Positions 48,295-57,090 of a stretch of 57,788 nt of DNA are shown here, one piece after another. Under the pieces are notes generated by a model. The model was not told the DNA's origin and did no database searches. It worked only from the letters and a program-made list of their open reading frames with translations. This DNA is from a virus (Duplodnaviria > Caudoviricetes). Position numbers and translations under genes: made by a program. The DNA is taken from positions 1 through 57,788 of the IMG/VR virus record IMGVR_UViG_3300033076_000814; one strand, given 5' to 3'. Positions within the stretch are counted from its first letter, which is position 1, and the number at the start of each line of letters is the position of its first letter.

Positions 48295-48298
48295 AAAC

Positions 48299-49150
48299 AT
48301 GGCACAGACAAAAACAAAGAAATCAAAAAAAGTATTAGTAATTGCTGGGGTAATCATCCTTGCAGTTGGCGGATACTTTGGTTATAAATATATCAAAGGC
48401 AAAAAAGATAAGAAAAAAGCCGAAGAAGAAGCCAAACGCCAAGAAGAACAAGCTAAAATTGATGCTCAAAATGTATCAACTGGTTCTGGTTCTGGTTCTG
48501 GTTCTGCTGGTTCTGGTTCTGCAACTTATTCTGCCAATCCATTTAAGTCTGCAACTGAATTGACTAATTTTCAAAAATGGGTTCTTGAAAAGAAAAAGGA
48601 TACAACAATTTTAGGTAATGCTGGTGCTGATGGTAAGTGGGGTAAAAACTCCGCATCTGCTTGGAACAAGTACGGAAAGGAATATCTTGGTTCTGGATCA
48701 ACTGCTGGAGAAAGCGGATCAGTTCCAGAGGCAGATATTAAAACTATTGTCAATTATGGTAGAGGTGCAAAATCAGACCGAACATATATTGCCAAAACAA
48801 AATACCCATCTTTCTTTACAGAATGGGCGAAAGCTATTCGCAAAAGACTTGAAAGCGGAGGCAAAGCATACACTACTTTTATTTGGTACAACCAAATTTA
48901 TGATAGCTATTATGGTAATCAAGTTGCCTCAAAACTATTGATGGGTAAAATTGCTTTTGCGAGAAATGGTTGTAAAATCAGAAAATCTCCAAAACAATCT
49001 GGGGAATATATTTTGACAACAAAAGATGCAAGTCTTGGTCAAATAGTTTCTTGGAGATACAATGTTGCTGAAAATCTTTTGTATGTAAAAACAGACAAAT
49101 ATTCAGATGGATATGGCTGGGCAAAATATCAATACATTTATACCAACTAA
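48299..49150 (+). CDS. N-anchored protein with peptidoglycan-binding-like motif and GS linker
   Basis: TM; GSGSGSGS; FQKWV...GADGKWGKNSASAW. Confidence 0.55.
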   Translation: MAQTKTKKSKKVLVIAGVIILAVGGYFGYKYIKGKKDKKKAEEEAKRQEEQAKIDAQNVSTGSGSGSGSAGSGSATYSANPFKSATELTNFQKWVLEKKKDTTILGNAGADGKWGKNSASAWNKYGKEYLGSGSTAGESGSVPEADIKTIVNYGRGAKSDRTYIAKTKYPSFFTEWAKAIRKRLESGGKAYTTFIWYNQIYDSYYGNQVASKLLMGKIAFARNGCKIRKSPKQSGEYILTTKDASLGQIVSWRYNVAENLLYVKTDKYSDGYGWAKYQYIYTN

Positions 49151-49151
49151 T

Positions 49152-49658
49152 ATGCAAGCAACAAGATTTATGTTATCCAATGGATTAAGTGAACTTAATC
49201 ATGGTGTTTATCATGATGTTTCACCTTATTCATGTGCTGATGGATCAAACATCAACAATGAGGATGAATTTGCAATGTCCGATGAAATAATGCTCGAATT
49301 TTCTAATGCCTCTGGTAAAAAGAGAAAAAAGAAAAAGAAAAGCCGAACTGGATTGGCTGGAATGAGGGATCGTAGGGATGCCAGACAAAAATCCAGACAA
49401 GATGCAAGAGATCGTAAATTGAAAATTAAGGAAAAGGAAGCAGAAACTCAAAATAAGACTGCCGAAGCCTTAAACAAGGTTGATCCAGCAGAGCAAAAGT
49501 TGATGGAGGAGTTGGCAACTGGCAGTAAAGATGCCAAAGCAGACGATAAAAAGGGCATGAGTAAAGGTTTGAAAATTGGTCTGATTGTCGGTGCAGTAGT
49601 GGTTGCTGGAGTTGTAACAATTCTTGTGATCAGAAAAATAAAAGCAAAAAAAAAGTAA
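49152..49658 (+). CDS. Basic C-terminally anchored membrane protein
   Basis: YSCADG, FSNASGKKRKKKKK; TM IGLIVGAVVVAGVVTILVI. Confidence 0.7.
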   Translation: MQATRFMLSNGLSELNHGVYHDVSPYSCADGSNINNEDEFAMSDEIMLEFSNASGKKRKKKKKSRTGLAGMRDRRDARQKSRQDARDRKLKIKEKEAETQNKTAEALNKVDPAEQKLMEELATGSKDAKADDKKGMSKGLKIGLIVGAVVVAGVVTILVIRKIKAKKK

Positions 49659-49676
49659 CTAAATAAATCGAGTAAA

Positions 49677-50384
49677 ATGATTGATGTAGAAACAACTGCT
49701 CCAGTATTTTCCTATGCTGATGGCAATACCAAAAAAGAATTTAAAACTGATCGTAAATCAGTTAGAGCATTACGAAAGGTAGGGAGAAAAGCAAAGCGAA
49801 ATGCAAGAAAGCTAAAGCGTGTCAAGTTGCGTAATGGCAAAACTGCTATGGTTTATGTCTTAACAAGATTAAAGCCAGTAAAAAAATCTGGTGCTGATGA
49901 AAGTTTATCGATCCAGTATGTAAAAACATATCCAGATAATACGACAAGCGTTGTGTTAGCGGAAGATGTTGTAAAAACTACTGATGGCAAATTTTTTGAC
50001 AAAAATGAAGTAGCAAAAGCCTTTGGCGTGGAAAAATCTGCGGTTACTCAACAGATGATTGATCGTTACATTATTCCAGTTGCTCCAACAACCGAAGCAT
50101 CTCCAACAACAACCGAAGTTCAAAAATCTCCAACTTCTGATGCTGGGGTGATTGTTCCAGAAGAAAAAGTTGTAATGGATGAGGATGGTAATCCATACGT
50201 TTCTGATGATTTAAAAGCAGATGGTGAAATTCTTGGATCAGATGATGTGAAAGAAGATGACAAGAAAGCACAAGGCGGTATGACAAAAAATCAAAAGATT
50301 GTTCTTTGGGTTGGTGTCGGACTTGCGGTTGTAATTATCGGAGTTGTCGTTTATCGAAAAATGTCAAGCAATAAAGGTAAATAA
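49677..50384 (+). CDS. C-terminally anchored membrane protein
   Basis: PVFSYADG, basic tract, TM IVLWVGVGLAVVIIGVVVY. Confidence 0.7.
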   Translation: MIDVETTAPVFSYADGNTKKEFKTDRKSVRALRKVGRKAKRNARKLKRVKLRNGKTAMVYVLTRLKPVKKSGADESLSIQYVKTYPDNTTSVVLAEDVVKTTDGKFFDKNEVAKAFGVEKSAVTQQMIDRYIIPVAPTTEASPTTTEVQKSPTSDAGVIVPEEKVVMDEDGNPYVSDDLKADGEILGSDDVKEDDKKAQGGMTKNQKIVLWVGVGLAVVIIGVVVYRKMSSNKGK

Positions 50385-50482
50385 TGAAGATTAATTCGTC
50401 AAAATTGATCCTTATTGCCTATGGCGGTATTGCATTAAGTTATGCTATCCTTTTTTATGTAAAATATAAGGATAAGCATTAG
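50384..50482 (+). CDS. Small membrane protein, 32 aa (not in ORF track)
   Basis: MKINSSKLILIAYGGIALSYAILFYVKYKDKH. Confidence 0.6.
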   Translation: MKINSSKLILIAYGGIALSYAILFYVKYKDKH

Positions 50483-50543
50483 TTTTGTTTAAAGCATGAT
50501 CATTAAAAATTGAGGTATGTTTTGTTTTAATTTGTTTGGTAGT

Positions 50544-50954
50544 ATGAAGACCAGTATAGCATTGAAGATTATGTTACCTACACTAACAATTAGTTTTTGT
50601 ATGTCTTATTTTATGCAAGTAGCGTTTCCTTATTGGGAACAATATCTTGCTTTAACTTTGGTGATTTTGCTGGATGGTTTTTTTGGTGTAATTGCTGGAG
50701 TGAAGCGAGAGGGTTTTAAAACATTTAAAGCCTTAAAAATGTTTAAATCAATGTTTACTTGGATGTTAGTGTTAACAACTGCATTGGTAACGGAAAAGGC
50801 GTTTCCATACGCATCATGGCTATCTGAAACATTTATGTTGCCAGTTATTGTTTTTTATCTGATTTCAGCATTAAAAAATGCCAGCTATTCTGGATTTATT
50901 AAAATTGAAGTTGTGAACAAGATCATGGAGAAAATCGATCAACATAAAAATTAA
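50544..50954 (+). CDS. Holin (phage holin 4/TcdE-like)
   Basis: LVILLDGFFGVIAG...three TM...ISALKNA..G; start at 50544 or 50517. Confidence 0.7.
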   Translation: MKTSIALKIMLPTLTISFCMSYFMQVAFPYWEQYLALTLVILLDGFFGVIAGVKREGFKTFKALKMFKSMFTWMLVLTTALVTEKAFPYASWLSETFMLPVIVFYLISALKNASYSGFIKIEVVNKIMEKIDQHKN

Positions 50955-50956
50955 TT

Positions 50957-51466
50957 ATGAAAGTTGAAAGAAAATATTTAATTGCTGGTTTGATAGGTGC
51001 GTTTACCTTGACTGGGGCATATATGTACTTGCAAGTCAAAAAAATCCTTAATTATACATTGAATTTTATCGGTGCAAGAAATGTAACTATTTCGGCAACT
51101 GGTGTAACCGCAGATTTCGTTTACGAATATCAAAACAAGGCAGACATTGATGTAACCCTTGCTACACAAGAATATGAAGTCTGGATCAATGGTGTTTTTT
51201 ACACTACATTGAGAAATGATAATCCAACTCTTTTAAAAGGAGGTCAAAAGTCTTCAATTGTTGTGAAAATGGATTTGGATTATAAGGAATTGGCAAAAAC
51301 ATTGAAGACAAATTATCTAACTTTAATTGCTCATCCTCAAAACATCAAGATTGTTACCAAAATGAAATGGAAAGCTAAATATGGCATTTTTAAAATTCCA
51401 GTTAGCTATGATTGGGAAGTGACATTGAAGCAAATTATGGGGTGGTATTTACCTAATAAGAAATAA
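50957..51466 (+). CDS. LEA_2/WHy-like membrane-anchored protein
   Basis: N-terminal TM; YQNKADIDVTL....YEVWING beta-sandwich pattern. Confidence 0.55.
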   Translation: MKVERKYLIAGLIGAFTLTGAYMYLQVKKILNYTLNFIGARNVTISATGVTADFVYEYQNKADIDVTLATQEYEVWINGVFYTTLRNDNPTLLKGGQKSSIVVKMDLDYKELAKTLKTNYLTLIAHPQNIKIVTKMKWKAKYGIFKIPVSYDWEVTLKQIMGWYLPNKK

Positions 51467-51468
51467 GT

Positions 51469-51750
51469 ATGAGTAATAATTATCAATCAATATTTACTTT
51501 ACCAAAAGCCAATATCACCATCGATCCATCATGGGGTATTTTAAGATTAGAAATATTAAGTTCAAAGCCACAAGAGATTATTTTTAAAATGTTAGGTAAT
51601 TGTGTTTTGGGTAATGAGGATCAAGGCAATCAATCCAGCGAGGAAATTGCTTTAAATACTCCTTATGTAATTCAGTCTTTGGGAAATACTCCTTTAGGGA
51701 ACATAAAAATAACCGCAGAAGAGGGTTGTGTAATTGTTGCTTATAAATGA
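51469..51750 (+). CDS. Small beta-rich protein, paralogue of the next gene
   Basis: ITIDPSWGILRLEIL vs LLIDPSFALTKLSIVL. Confidence 0.65.
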   Translation: MSNNYQSIFTLPKANITIDPSWGILRLEILSSKPQEIIFKMLGNCVLGNEDQGNQSSEEIALNTPYVIQSLGNTPLGNIKITAEEGCVIVAYK

Positions 51751-52010
51751 TTTCTCAAAAGATTTGGACATACGAACTTTCTGCTGGATCACTTTTGATT
51801 GATCCCAGCTTCGCATTAACAAAGTTGTCCATAGTTCTTCAATCTGGTACTGGAACAATTCAAGGATCAGAGATTGCTGGGGGAATTACCTCTACTCCAG
51901 TTTCTTTAGTCATTGGTATGCCAGTTTTAGTTGATGGCTATGGATCAACACCGATCTCTGATTATTTAATTAATACAACTGGGGTTGTAGCGTTAATTGG
52001 TAAGAAATGA
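51747..52010 (+). CDS. Small beta-rich structural protein
   Basis: 87 aa, overlapping start/stop. Confidence 0.65.
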   Translation: MISQKIWTYELSAGSLLIDPSFALTKLSIVLQSGTGTIQGSEIAGGITSTPVSLVIGMPVLVDGYGSTPISDYLINTTGVVALIGKK

Positions 52011-52570
52011 GTTTCGGATTTACTGGAGGTGTTATTGGCGGTTCTGTCATACCCACAACTAACTTTGGATTGTTTACCCAAATTGAAAACGGAACTCCAG
52101 TTGAAAATACAATTACAGAAACCTCAATAGTTGGTGTTGGAATAGGAACTTTATCAGTTCCAGCAAATACCTTTAAGATTGGAGATACTTTTCATCTCAA
52201 AATATGTGGTGTTTTAAATTCAAAAAACAACCAAACATTGACCATAAAACTTCATGCTAATGGAATTGACATCGGAACAACTGGTGTAATTCAATTGGCA
52301 ACAACTACTGCAAGAATTTGGGAATTATCCGCAGATTTTACAATTAGGAATATTGGCGGTTTAGGTGTGGCAAGTTTGCTTACAAATGGGCAGTTTTTTT
52401 ATCAAAAAAATGCCTCAACAACTTATGAGGGTGTTTCTTTTCTAAATTTGGATACAACTACTTTTGATACTGAAATTCTGAATACTTTGGATGTGGTTGC
52501 ACAATGGGGTTTTGCTGATCCATTGAATAGCATTTATACCAGTCAATTGGTACTGAATAAAGTTTTTTGA
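52007..52570 (+). CDS. Beta-rich structural protein (possible spike or vertex component)
   Basis: Thr/Gly-rich; LSVPANTFKIGD. Confidence 0.6.
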   Translation: MSFGFTGGVIGGSVIPTTNFGLFTQIENGTPVENTITETSIVGVGIGTLSVPANTFKIGDTFHLKICGVLNSKNNQTLTIKLHANGIDIGTTGVIQLATTTARIWELSADFTIRNIGGLGVASLLTNGQFFYQKNASTTYEGVSFLNLDTTTFDTEILNTLDVVAQWGFADPLNSIYTSQLVLNKVF

Positions 52571-52589
52571 TTTATTCATTGATAATTGT

Positions 52590-52597
52590 TATTTTTG
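52590..52597 (+). promoter_or_regulatory. Bacteroidota -7 promoter element
   Basis: TATTTTTG 25 nt before ATG 52623. Confidence 0.5.
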
Positions 52598-52622
52598 TTG
52601 TAAATCAATTAAATAAATAAGT

Positions 52623-52859
52623 ATGTTAGGAAGTTTGATGAACTCATTAGTGGATAGTGTAGGTATCGTTACCGAAAAAATCCAAACAACTCTGGATGAT
52701 CTTTCAGAGGAATTAAATGAACCAGATCACAAGAATATCTGGATTACAATTAAGGCAATCAATGAAGATCGTGAATTTGTTTGTCAAGTTTTCCACAGAA
52801 AATCAACTGGTATCGAGTATGTCCGAGATGTAACAATCAAAGAAATTGTTGATAAATAA
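52623..52859 (+). CDS. Hypothetical protein
   Basis: 78 aa ORF. Confidence 0.65.
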   Translation: MLGSLMNSLVDSVGIVTEKIQTTLDDLSEELNEPDHKNIWITIKAINEDREFVCQVFHRKSTGIEYVRDVTIKEIVDK

Positions 52860-53218
52860 TGGATACTCCAGTAACATCTAAACAACAAGGTGTAATCATC
52901 GGAATTATTCTTGTCTTTTTGTTGCTGATAACAATTTTGGTGAATGTGATTAAAAACAATCAGCATGAAGATTTTGTGCAAAAATTTGTTGAAAAACAAC
53001 AACACCAAATAGATAGCAGTTATCGTGCATCGGAAAGAAAAATTGATAGTTTGATGGTGTTGATCCAGAACAATAAAAAGCAACTGGATGAAATTCAGAA
53101 ATCCAAACAAGAAATACGATTAGTTTATGTTGAAAAAGATGCTAAAATTGATACTCTTGGGTATGTGGGCATTGTTAATATGTTCAAAAGCATATTCGCA
53201 AAAGGCGGTATTAACTGA
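52859..53218 (+). CDS. Spanin-like protein (N-terminal TM plus coiled coil)
   Basis: TM VIIGIILVFLLLITILV, then coiled coil; overlaps the next gene. Confidence 0.5.
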   Translation: MDTPVTSKQQGVIIGIILVFLLLITILVNVIKNNQHEDFVQKFVEKQQHQIDSSYRASERKIDSLMVLIQNNKKQLDEIQKSKQEIRLVYVEKDAKIDTLGYVGIVNMFKSIFAKGGIN

Positions 53219-53561
53219 TGGTGATACATCAATTTGTTTTTCAGTTGATCAAGCGAGATTTATTTTAAAGCAAATTAATCATCTGGATTATCTGGATACT
53301 TTATGTGAACTTCAAAAAGAAGAAATTGAATTGTGGAAAACAAATTCTTTTGATCTGGAGAAGATTATTATAGAAAGGCAATATCAGATCAAATTAAAGG
53401 ATGATGCCATCCAGTTAAAACAATTGAGCCTTGATCGACAATTAGAAATTAATAATACACAAAAGAAACTGATTAGAAAGGAGAGGTTTCAGAAAAATGT
53501 AGCTATAATCTGCGGATCGGTAGCTACTGGTGTCATGACTTACTTATTTATAACAAAGTGA
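53139..53561 (+). CDS. Overlapping partner of the spanin-like protein (signal peptide, coiled coil, C-terminal TM)
   Basis: MLKLILLGMWALLICSKAYSQ; 80-nt overlap with the upstream gene. Confidence 0.5.
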   Translation: MLKLILLGMWALLICSKAYSQKAVLTDGDTSICFSVDQARFILKQINHLDYLDTLCELQKEEIELWKTNSFDLEKIIIERQYQIKLKDDAIQLKQLSLDRQLEINNTQKKLIRKERFQKNVAIICGSVATGVMTYLFITK

Positions 53562-53585
53562 TTTGGTGTAAAAAGGTAAAGCAGT

Positions 53586-53624
53586 AAAAAAAAAATCCAG
53601 AGTTAATCATACTCTGGATTTTTT
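53586..53624. terminator. Bidirectional intrinsic terminator
   Basis: aaaaaatccagagt-taatcat-actctggatttttt where + and - operons converge. Confidence 0.85.
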
Positions 53625-53854
53625 GTTTTAGTAAATTTTTCAATTTTGTTTTTGTTCACAAGAGGAAGTTTTGCTCTTGGTATTTTTTTATGCCTTTTTA
53701 TTCGATCTAAGGAACTTTCTACTGGCACAAGTTCTCTCAATCCAAAACCAACTATTAAACCATCTACAATCTCATCTGGTGACACATTATGTTCCTTTGA
53801 CATTTCGATAAGAAAAGCATGGGTTAAATCATTCAATTCAATTTCTATTTTCAT
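53603..53854 (-). CDS. Hypothetical protein (possible ribbon-helix-helix)
   Basis: MKIEIELNDLTHAFLIEMSKEHNVSPDEIV pattern. Confidence 0.55.
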   Translation of the reverse strand: MKIEIELNDLTHAFLIEMSKEHNVSPDEIVDGLIVGFGLRELVPVESSLDRIKRHKKIPRAKLPLVNKNKIEKFTKTKNPEYD

Positions 53855-54041
53855 TTCTATTGTTTTTTATCATTAAGTAATTTTCCACACACCGAATTTT
53901 ATGACTTAATCGATCATAAGGATTTACCATATTATCCGATTTCCAATATTCTGCATCTCGACATTCTCTCCAGTCGGAAATGGTGAAGTTTTTTGTAAGT
54001 GATCCAAACTGACTATTCAGCTTCATCATCGTGTAATCCAT
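53838..54041 (-). CDS. Hypothetical protein
   Basis: 67 aa ORF in the minus-strand operon. Confidence 0.6.
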   Translation of the reverse strand: MDYTMMKLNSQFGSLTKNFTISDWRECRDAEYWKSDNMVNPYDRLSHKIRCVENYLMIKNNRNENRN

Positions 54042-54255
54042 ACTGATTATTGTTTAAGGTTACTACTGCTTCATAAATAGTCTGATCTTTGGTTATTCCA
54101 TCAGCCAGAAGATTTATAAGTTCTCTTTTAGTGCTTTTATGTACCGATGTTCCAAACCTTTTTGCAAGTTTGCGAACTTGTACTCTGGATGCTTTATTAG
54201 TTTTGATCAAACCCATTATTTCATCGCAAAATAAATCTAATTCTCTGTTCTCCAT
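54013..54255 (-). CDS. Hypothetical protein
   Basis: 80 aa ORF. Confidence 0.6.
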   Translation of the reverse strand: MENRELDLFCDEIMGLIKTNKASRVQVRKLAKRFGTSVHKSTKRELINLLADGITKDQTIYEAVVTLNNNQYGLHDDEAE

Positions 54256-54638
54256 TCCATTAAAAGTTTATTGCTGATTTTATAATAAGGTGCTGATTTT
54301 GGATCAGAACTGCAAAGAACAACCTTGTTAATAAGATGTATCTTATGTAGTTTGTAAATTACTCTCCAAACTTGTTTTCGTGTTAATGAATAGCCATCCA
54401 ATTTGATAAAAAAGTAAAGATGATTGCTGGTAAATTTACCTTTATCCAGAAAATATTTACGCATTACATTCAGAGCAATTGAAGTATGAGCCAACTTTTT
54501 TAACTCTACTGGATCAGACAAGTCATAATCTAAAAATGTCCAATCATTTTTGGGTTCTTCTCTGGGTGTTAATTTGGTCTTCTTTCTAAGGAAACGATAC
54601 CTAAAATACCAAACCATGTTTAAAAAAAATCTTTTCAT
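54237..54638 (-). CDS. Hypothetical protein (possible winged helix)
   Basis: LTRKQVWRVIYKLHKIHLINKV...YYKI. Confidence 0.55.
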   Translation of the reverse strand: MKRFFLNMVWYFRYRFLRKKTKLTPREEPKNDWTFLDYDLSDPVELKKLAHTSIALNVMRKYFLDKGKFTSNHLYFFIKLDGYSLTRKQVWRVIYKLHKIHLINKVVLCSSDPKSAPYYKISNKLLMEWRTEN

Positions 54639-54657
54639 ATTTCTACTTTAATTGTTA

Positions 54658-54753
54658 TTACCATCTAAAACCATTCAAGGCATAATCAAACCATACCACA
54701 AAACAAATTGCTACTACGATACAAATGATTATTTCAATAATTTCCTCTTTCAT
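54658..54753 (-). CDS. Small membrane protein, 31 aa (not in ORF track)
   Basis: MKEEIIEIIICIVVAICFVVWFDYALNGFRW. Confidence 0.5.
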   Translation of the reverse strand: MKEEIIEIIICIVVAICFVVWFDYALNGFRW

Positions 54754-54765
54754 AGTTTCTTTAAA

Positions 54766-55086
54766 TTATTGTAATCGTAAAGACTTAAACCAATTAAGTA
54801 GTAAGTTCTTTCCCCCTAATGAATAACTCCATTCACCAGTAAACATAAAATGAACTGGTAAGAAAACCAGCATTAGGATCATAAGAATAATTGCCAGAGG
54901 TAAAGTTAATCTGATCCAAAAAGGAACTGGCGTTTTTTCTTCATAATAAAAATCCATTTTTAACTCTTGAAATCTATCGCAAAGTTCTTCGCTATCTATT
55001 TTAGATAATTCTGGAAATACTTTTTTAAAGTTGGGCATATAGTTAGCATAACCATTTGACCATGTTCTTTTTAACTTGTTGTACAT
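54766..55086 (-). CDS. Membrane protein
   Basis: WIRLTLPLAIILMILMLVFLPVHFMFTG. Confidence 0.7.
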   Translation of the reverse strand: MYNKLKRTWSNGYANYMPNFKKVFPELSKIDSEELCDRFQELKMDFYYEEKTPVPFWIRLTLPLAIILMILMLVFLPVHFMFTGEWSYSLGGKNLLLNWFKSLRLQ

Positions 55087-55097
55087 ACTACGATTAT

Positions 55098-55316
55098 TTA
55101 TTTAAACAAAATTTTAGCAGATGGGATTGTTCCATTAAATGCTCTTACCCATGACATACCAACTATTTCAAATTCAACTTTGCTTCCATCAACTCCATCC
55201 TTATTAAGTTGATCAACCGAAGCATTATTTACTTTTAGAATTTTGACTTGATCTTCGCCAAATTCATAAACTACTACCCATTCTTTCTGGGGTGTTAAAC
55301 ACAATGTTCCTACCAT
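55098..55316 (-). CDS. Hypothetical protein
   Basis: 72 aa ORF. Confidence 0.65.
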   Translation of the reverse strand: MVGTLCLTPQKEWVVVYEFGEDQVKILKVNNASVDQLNKDGVDGSKVEFEIVGMSWVRAFNGTIPSAKILFK

Positions 55317-55882
55317 TATTTATCAATTTGTTTATGATGAGTAACGCTACTGATTCCCTCCATCATGTTAAGCATTTTCCAAATCTTTTCTTTTTCTTCT
55401 TTGGTTAAAGGTTTTTCATCTTGATCATCCTTATCATCAGTAGGTTTTGAATAAAGTTTATTTTTTTGAACAAAAGCCTCATAAAAAATCTCCAGTTCAG
55501 ATTTGTAATGCTTCCAGAACAAATCAAGTTTAACCATAAATTCAGAAAACAAATGGGGTTCAATATTTTCAATAAAATAACTTATATGATTAGGTTTTTT
55601 TACATATTTGAATTGACCAAATTCACAACCATATTTTACTCTTTTACCAACAACACTACTTAATATTTGGCTTATAAATTTGTTAGGAACTTCTTTGTGA
55701 ATATTAAATTCAAAATCTTTTCTTTCATTACCAGAGATGTCTTGCTCGGTGATCCCATACTTACGCATAATTAAAAGCAATTTATCTTGGGCATTTATCT
55801 TTTCACCATCAACGCCTTTGATTGATAATTCCTTTAATTTTCTTGCAAGTTCAATCCATTTTTCTTTACCAGAATTATCCAT
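55316..55882 (-). CDS. DUF2786-like N-terminal domain protein
   Basis: KLKELSIKGVDGEKINAQDKLLLIMRKYGIT; ATG 55882. Confidence 0.6.
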   Translation of the reverse strand: MDNSGKEKWIELARKLKELSIKGVDGEKINAQDKLLLIMRKYGITEQDISGNERKDFEFNIHKEVPNKFISQILSSVVGKRVKYGCEFGQFKYVKKPNHISYFIENIEPHLFSEFMVKLDLFWKHYKSELEIFYEAFVQKNKLYSKPTDDKDDQDEKPLTKEEKEKIWKMLNMMEGISSVTHHKQIDK

Positions 55883-55886
55883 CACC

Positions 55887-56261
55887 TTATTGTTTTTGCC
55901 ATAAAAAATTATCACAGAACTCCCCTTTACCAAGACTTGCACCAATCACCATTTGTCTTACAATAGGTGGGTATCCACCTTTTCTATTTATTGCCCTTTG
56001 AATGTAAATCATTTGATCAAACATATTTAAATTGGGAGGCAAAACTACACCACTTGTATAGCCACAATGGAAACTTCTACGGACATCTTCCTTGTCAAAC
56101 ATAGCCAGAGCATTGCCATCTGGATTTAAAACCAACACACCGCCCTCCGATGCAAACTCCATTACCGCACAAATTTTACCAATAAAATCATCTGGGTTTA
56201 ATGCACCTTTACAAGTTTTTGCATTGTAATTAATATGAGCAAATCCTACTATTTCCATCAT
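55887..56261 (-). CDS. Hypothetical protein
   Basis: 124 aa ORF. Confidence 0.7.
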   Translation of the reverse strand: MMEIVGFAHINYNAKTCKGALNPDDFIGKICAVMEFASEGGVLVLNPDGNALAMFDKEDVRRSFHCGYTSGVVLPPNLNMFDQMIYIQRAINRKGGYPPIVRQMVIGASLGKGEFCDNFLWQKQ

Positions 56262-56437
56262 TTATGAGATTTTTTATGGTGACAATACAATGGTTCAATA
56301 TTTGGAAATTTCATATAGAATTTCTTGATAGCAACCATCATATTGACTGCCTCAATGTTGATGCAATGTAGAATTTCAGCATCCTTATCTGGGTAGAAAG
56401 CAATGTGATAAATTGATAATGTGTCTTTTGTTGTCAT
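56258..56437 (-). CDS. Hypothetical protein, 59 aa (not in ORF track)
   Basis: MTTKDTLSIYHIAFYPD...; stop overlaps the next ATG. Confidence 0.55.
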   Translation of the reverse strand: MTTKDTLSIYHIAFYPDKDAEILHCINIEAVNMMVAIKKFYMKFPNIEPLYCHHKKSHK

Positions 56438-56441
56438 ACTT

Positions 56442-56645
56442 TTATTTTTTTAGCGTAATACAATAATCTACTATGCCTTTGCATATTTCACAATTCACTT
56501 TTTTGTGAGTTAATCTATAATCTCCACAAGTTCTATCATCTTGATCTAAAGTTAACCCACATAATGTATATCCAGCATTGAATGGCGGTGCTTCAAAATG
56601 AATACTACCTTTAAAATCCTCATTTTTTATAAATTCAATATTCAT
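56442..56645 (-). CDS. Small Cys/His zinc-binding protein
   Basis: H...TLCG...VNCEIC. Confidence 0.6.
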   Translation of the reverse strand: MNIEFIKNEDFKGSIHFEAPPFNAGYTLCGLTLDQDDRTCGDYRLTHKKVNCEICKGIVDYCITLKK

Positions 56646-56647
56646 GA

Positions 56648-57088
56648 TTAAGAATTTAAATTGTTTGCTTTATTGCTCCATCTGGTTTTATTACCAGCAC
56701 CAGATAAGCCTAAATTTTTTCCAATCTCTTTTCGATGTGCTTGGAACTCTGGAGATGAAAACCTTGAAGTCAAAACTAATCTTGTTTGCTCCGAAAGTTT
56801 ATCTCTGGTTCTTCCTTGACCTCCTTTTTTAAATCTCGATTTCTCACCATTGGCAATAAGATTCTTCCCAATTACAAGATCATAGTTTTCTAATGCTTTT
56901 ATTCTGCTTTTTTCAGCACTTTCTAAACTACAAATCCCTCTCCCCAGATCAAATCCAAATTGAATTTTATAATCCTTTTCAGACATTTCATGTTTCTGTC
57001 GTACATGGGAAATTACTCGGTTAAAACTTTTTCCACAAATTTCACAAATGGGTTTTCCATCTGGATCGTATTCAATAATTCCGTACAT
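56648..57088 (-). CDS. Ros/MucR-like C2H2 zinc-finger protein
   Basis: ICEICGKSFNRVISHVRQKHEMSEKDYKIQFG. Confidence 0.6.
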   Translation of the reverse strand: MYGIIEYDPDGKPICEICGKSFNRVISHVRQKHEMSEKDYKIQFGFDLGRGICSLESAEKSRIKALENYDLVIGKNLIANGEKSRFKKGGQGRTRDKLSEQTRLVLTSRFSSPEFQAHRKEIGKNLGLSGAGNKTRWSNKANNLNS

Positions 57089-57090
57089 AA

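Noticed and set aside
48480-48520. (ggttct)n microsatellite as a phase-variation tract
   Set aside because: In-frame 6-bp unit encoding a Gly-Ser linker; length changes would not shift the frame.
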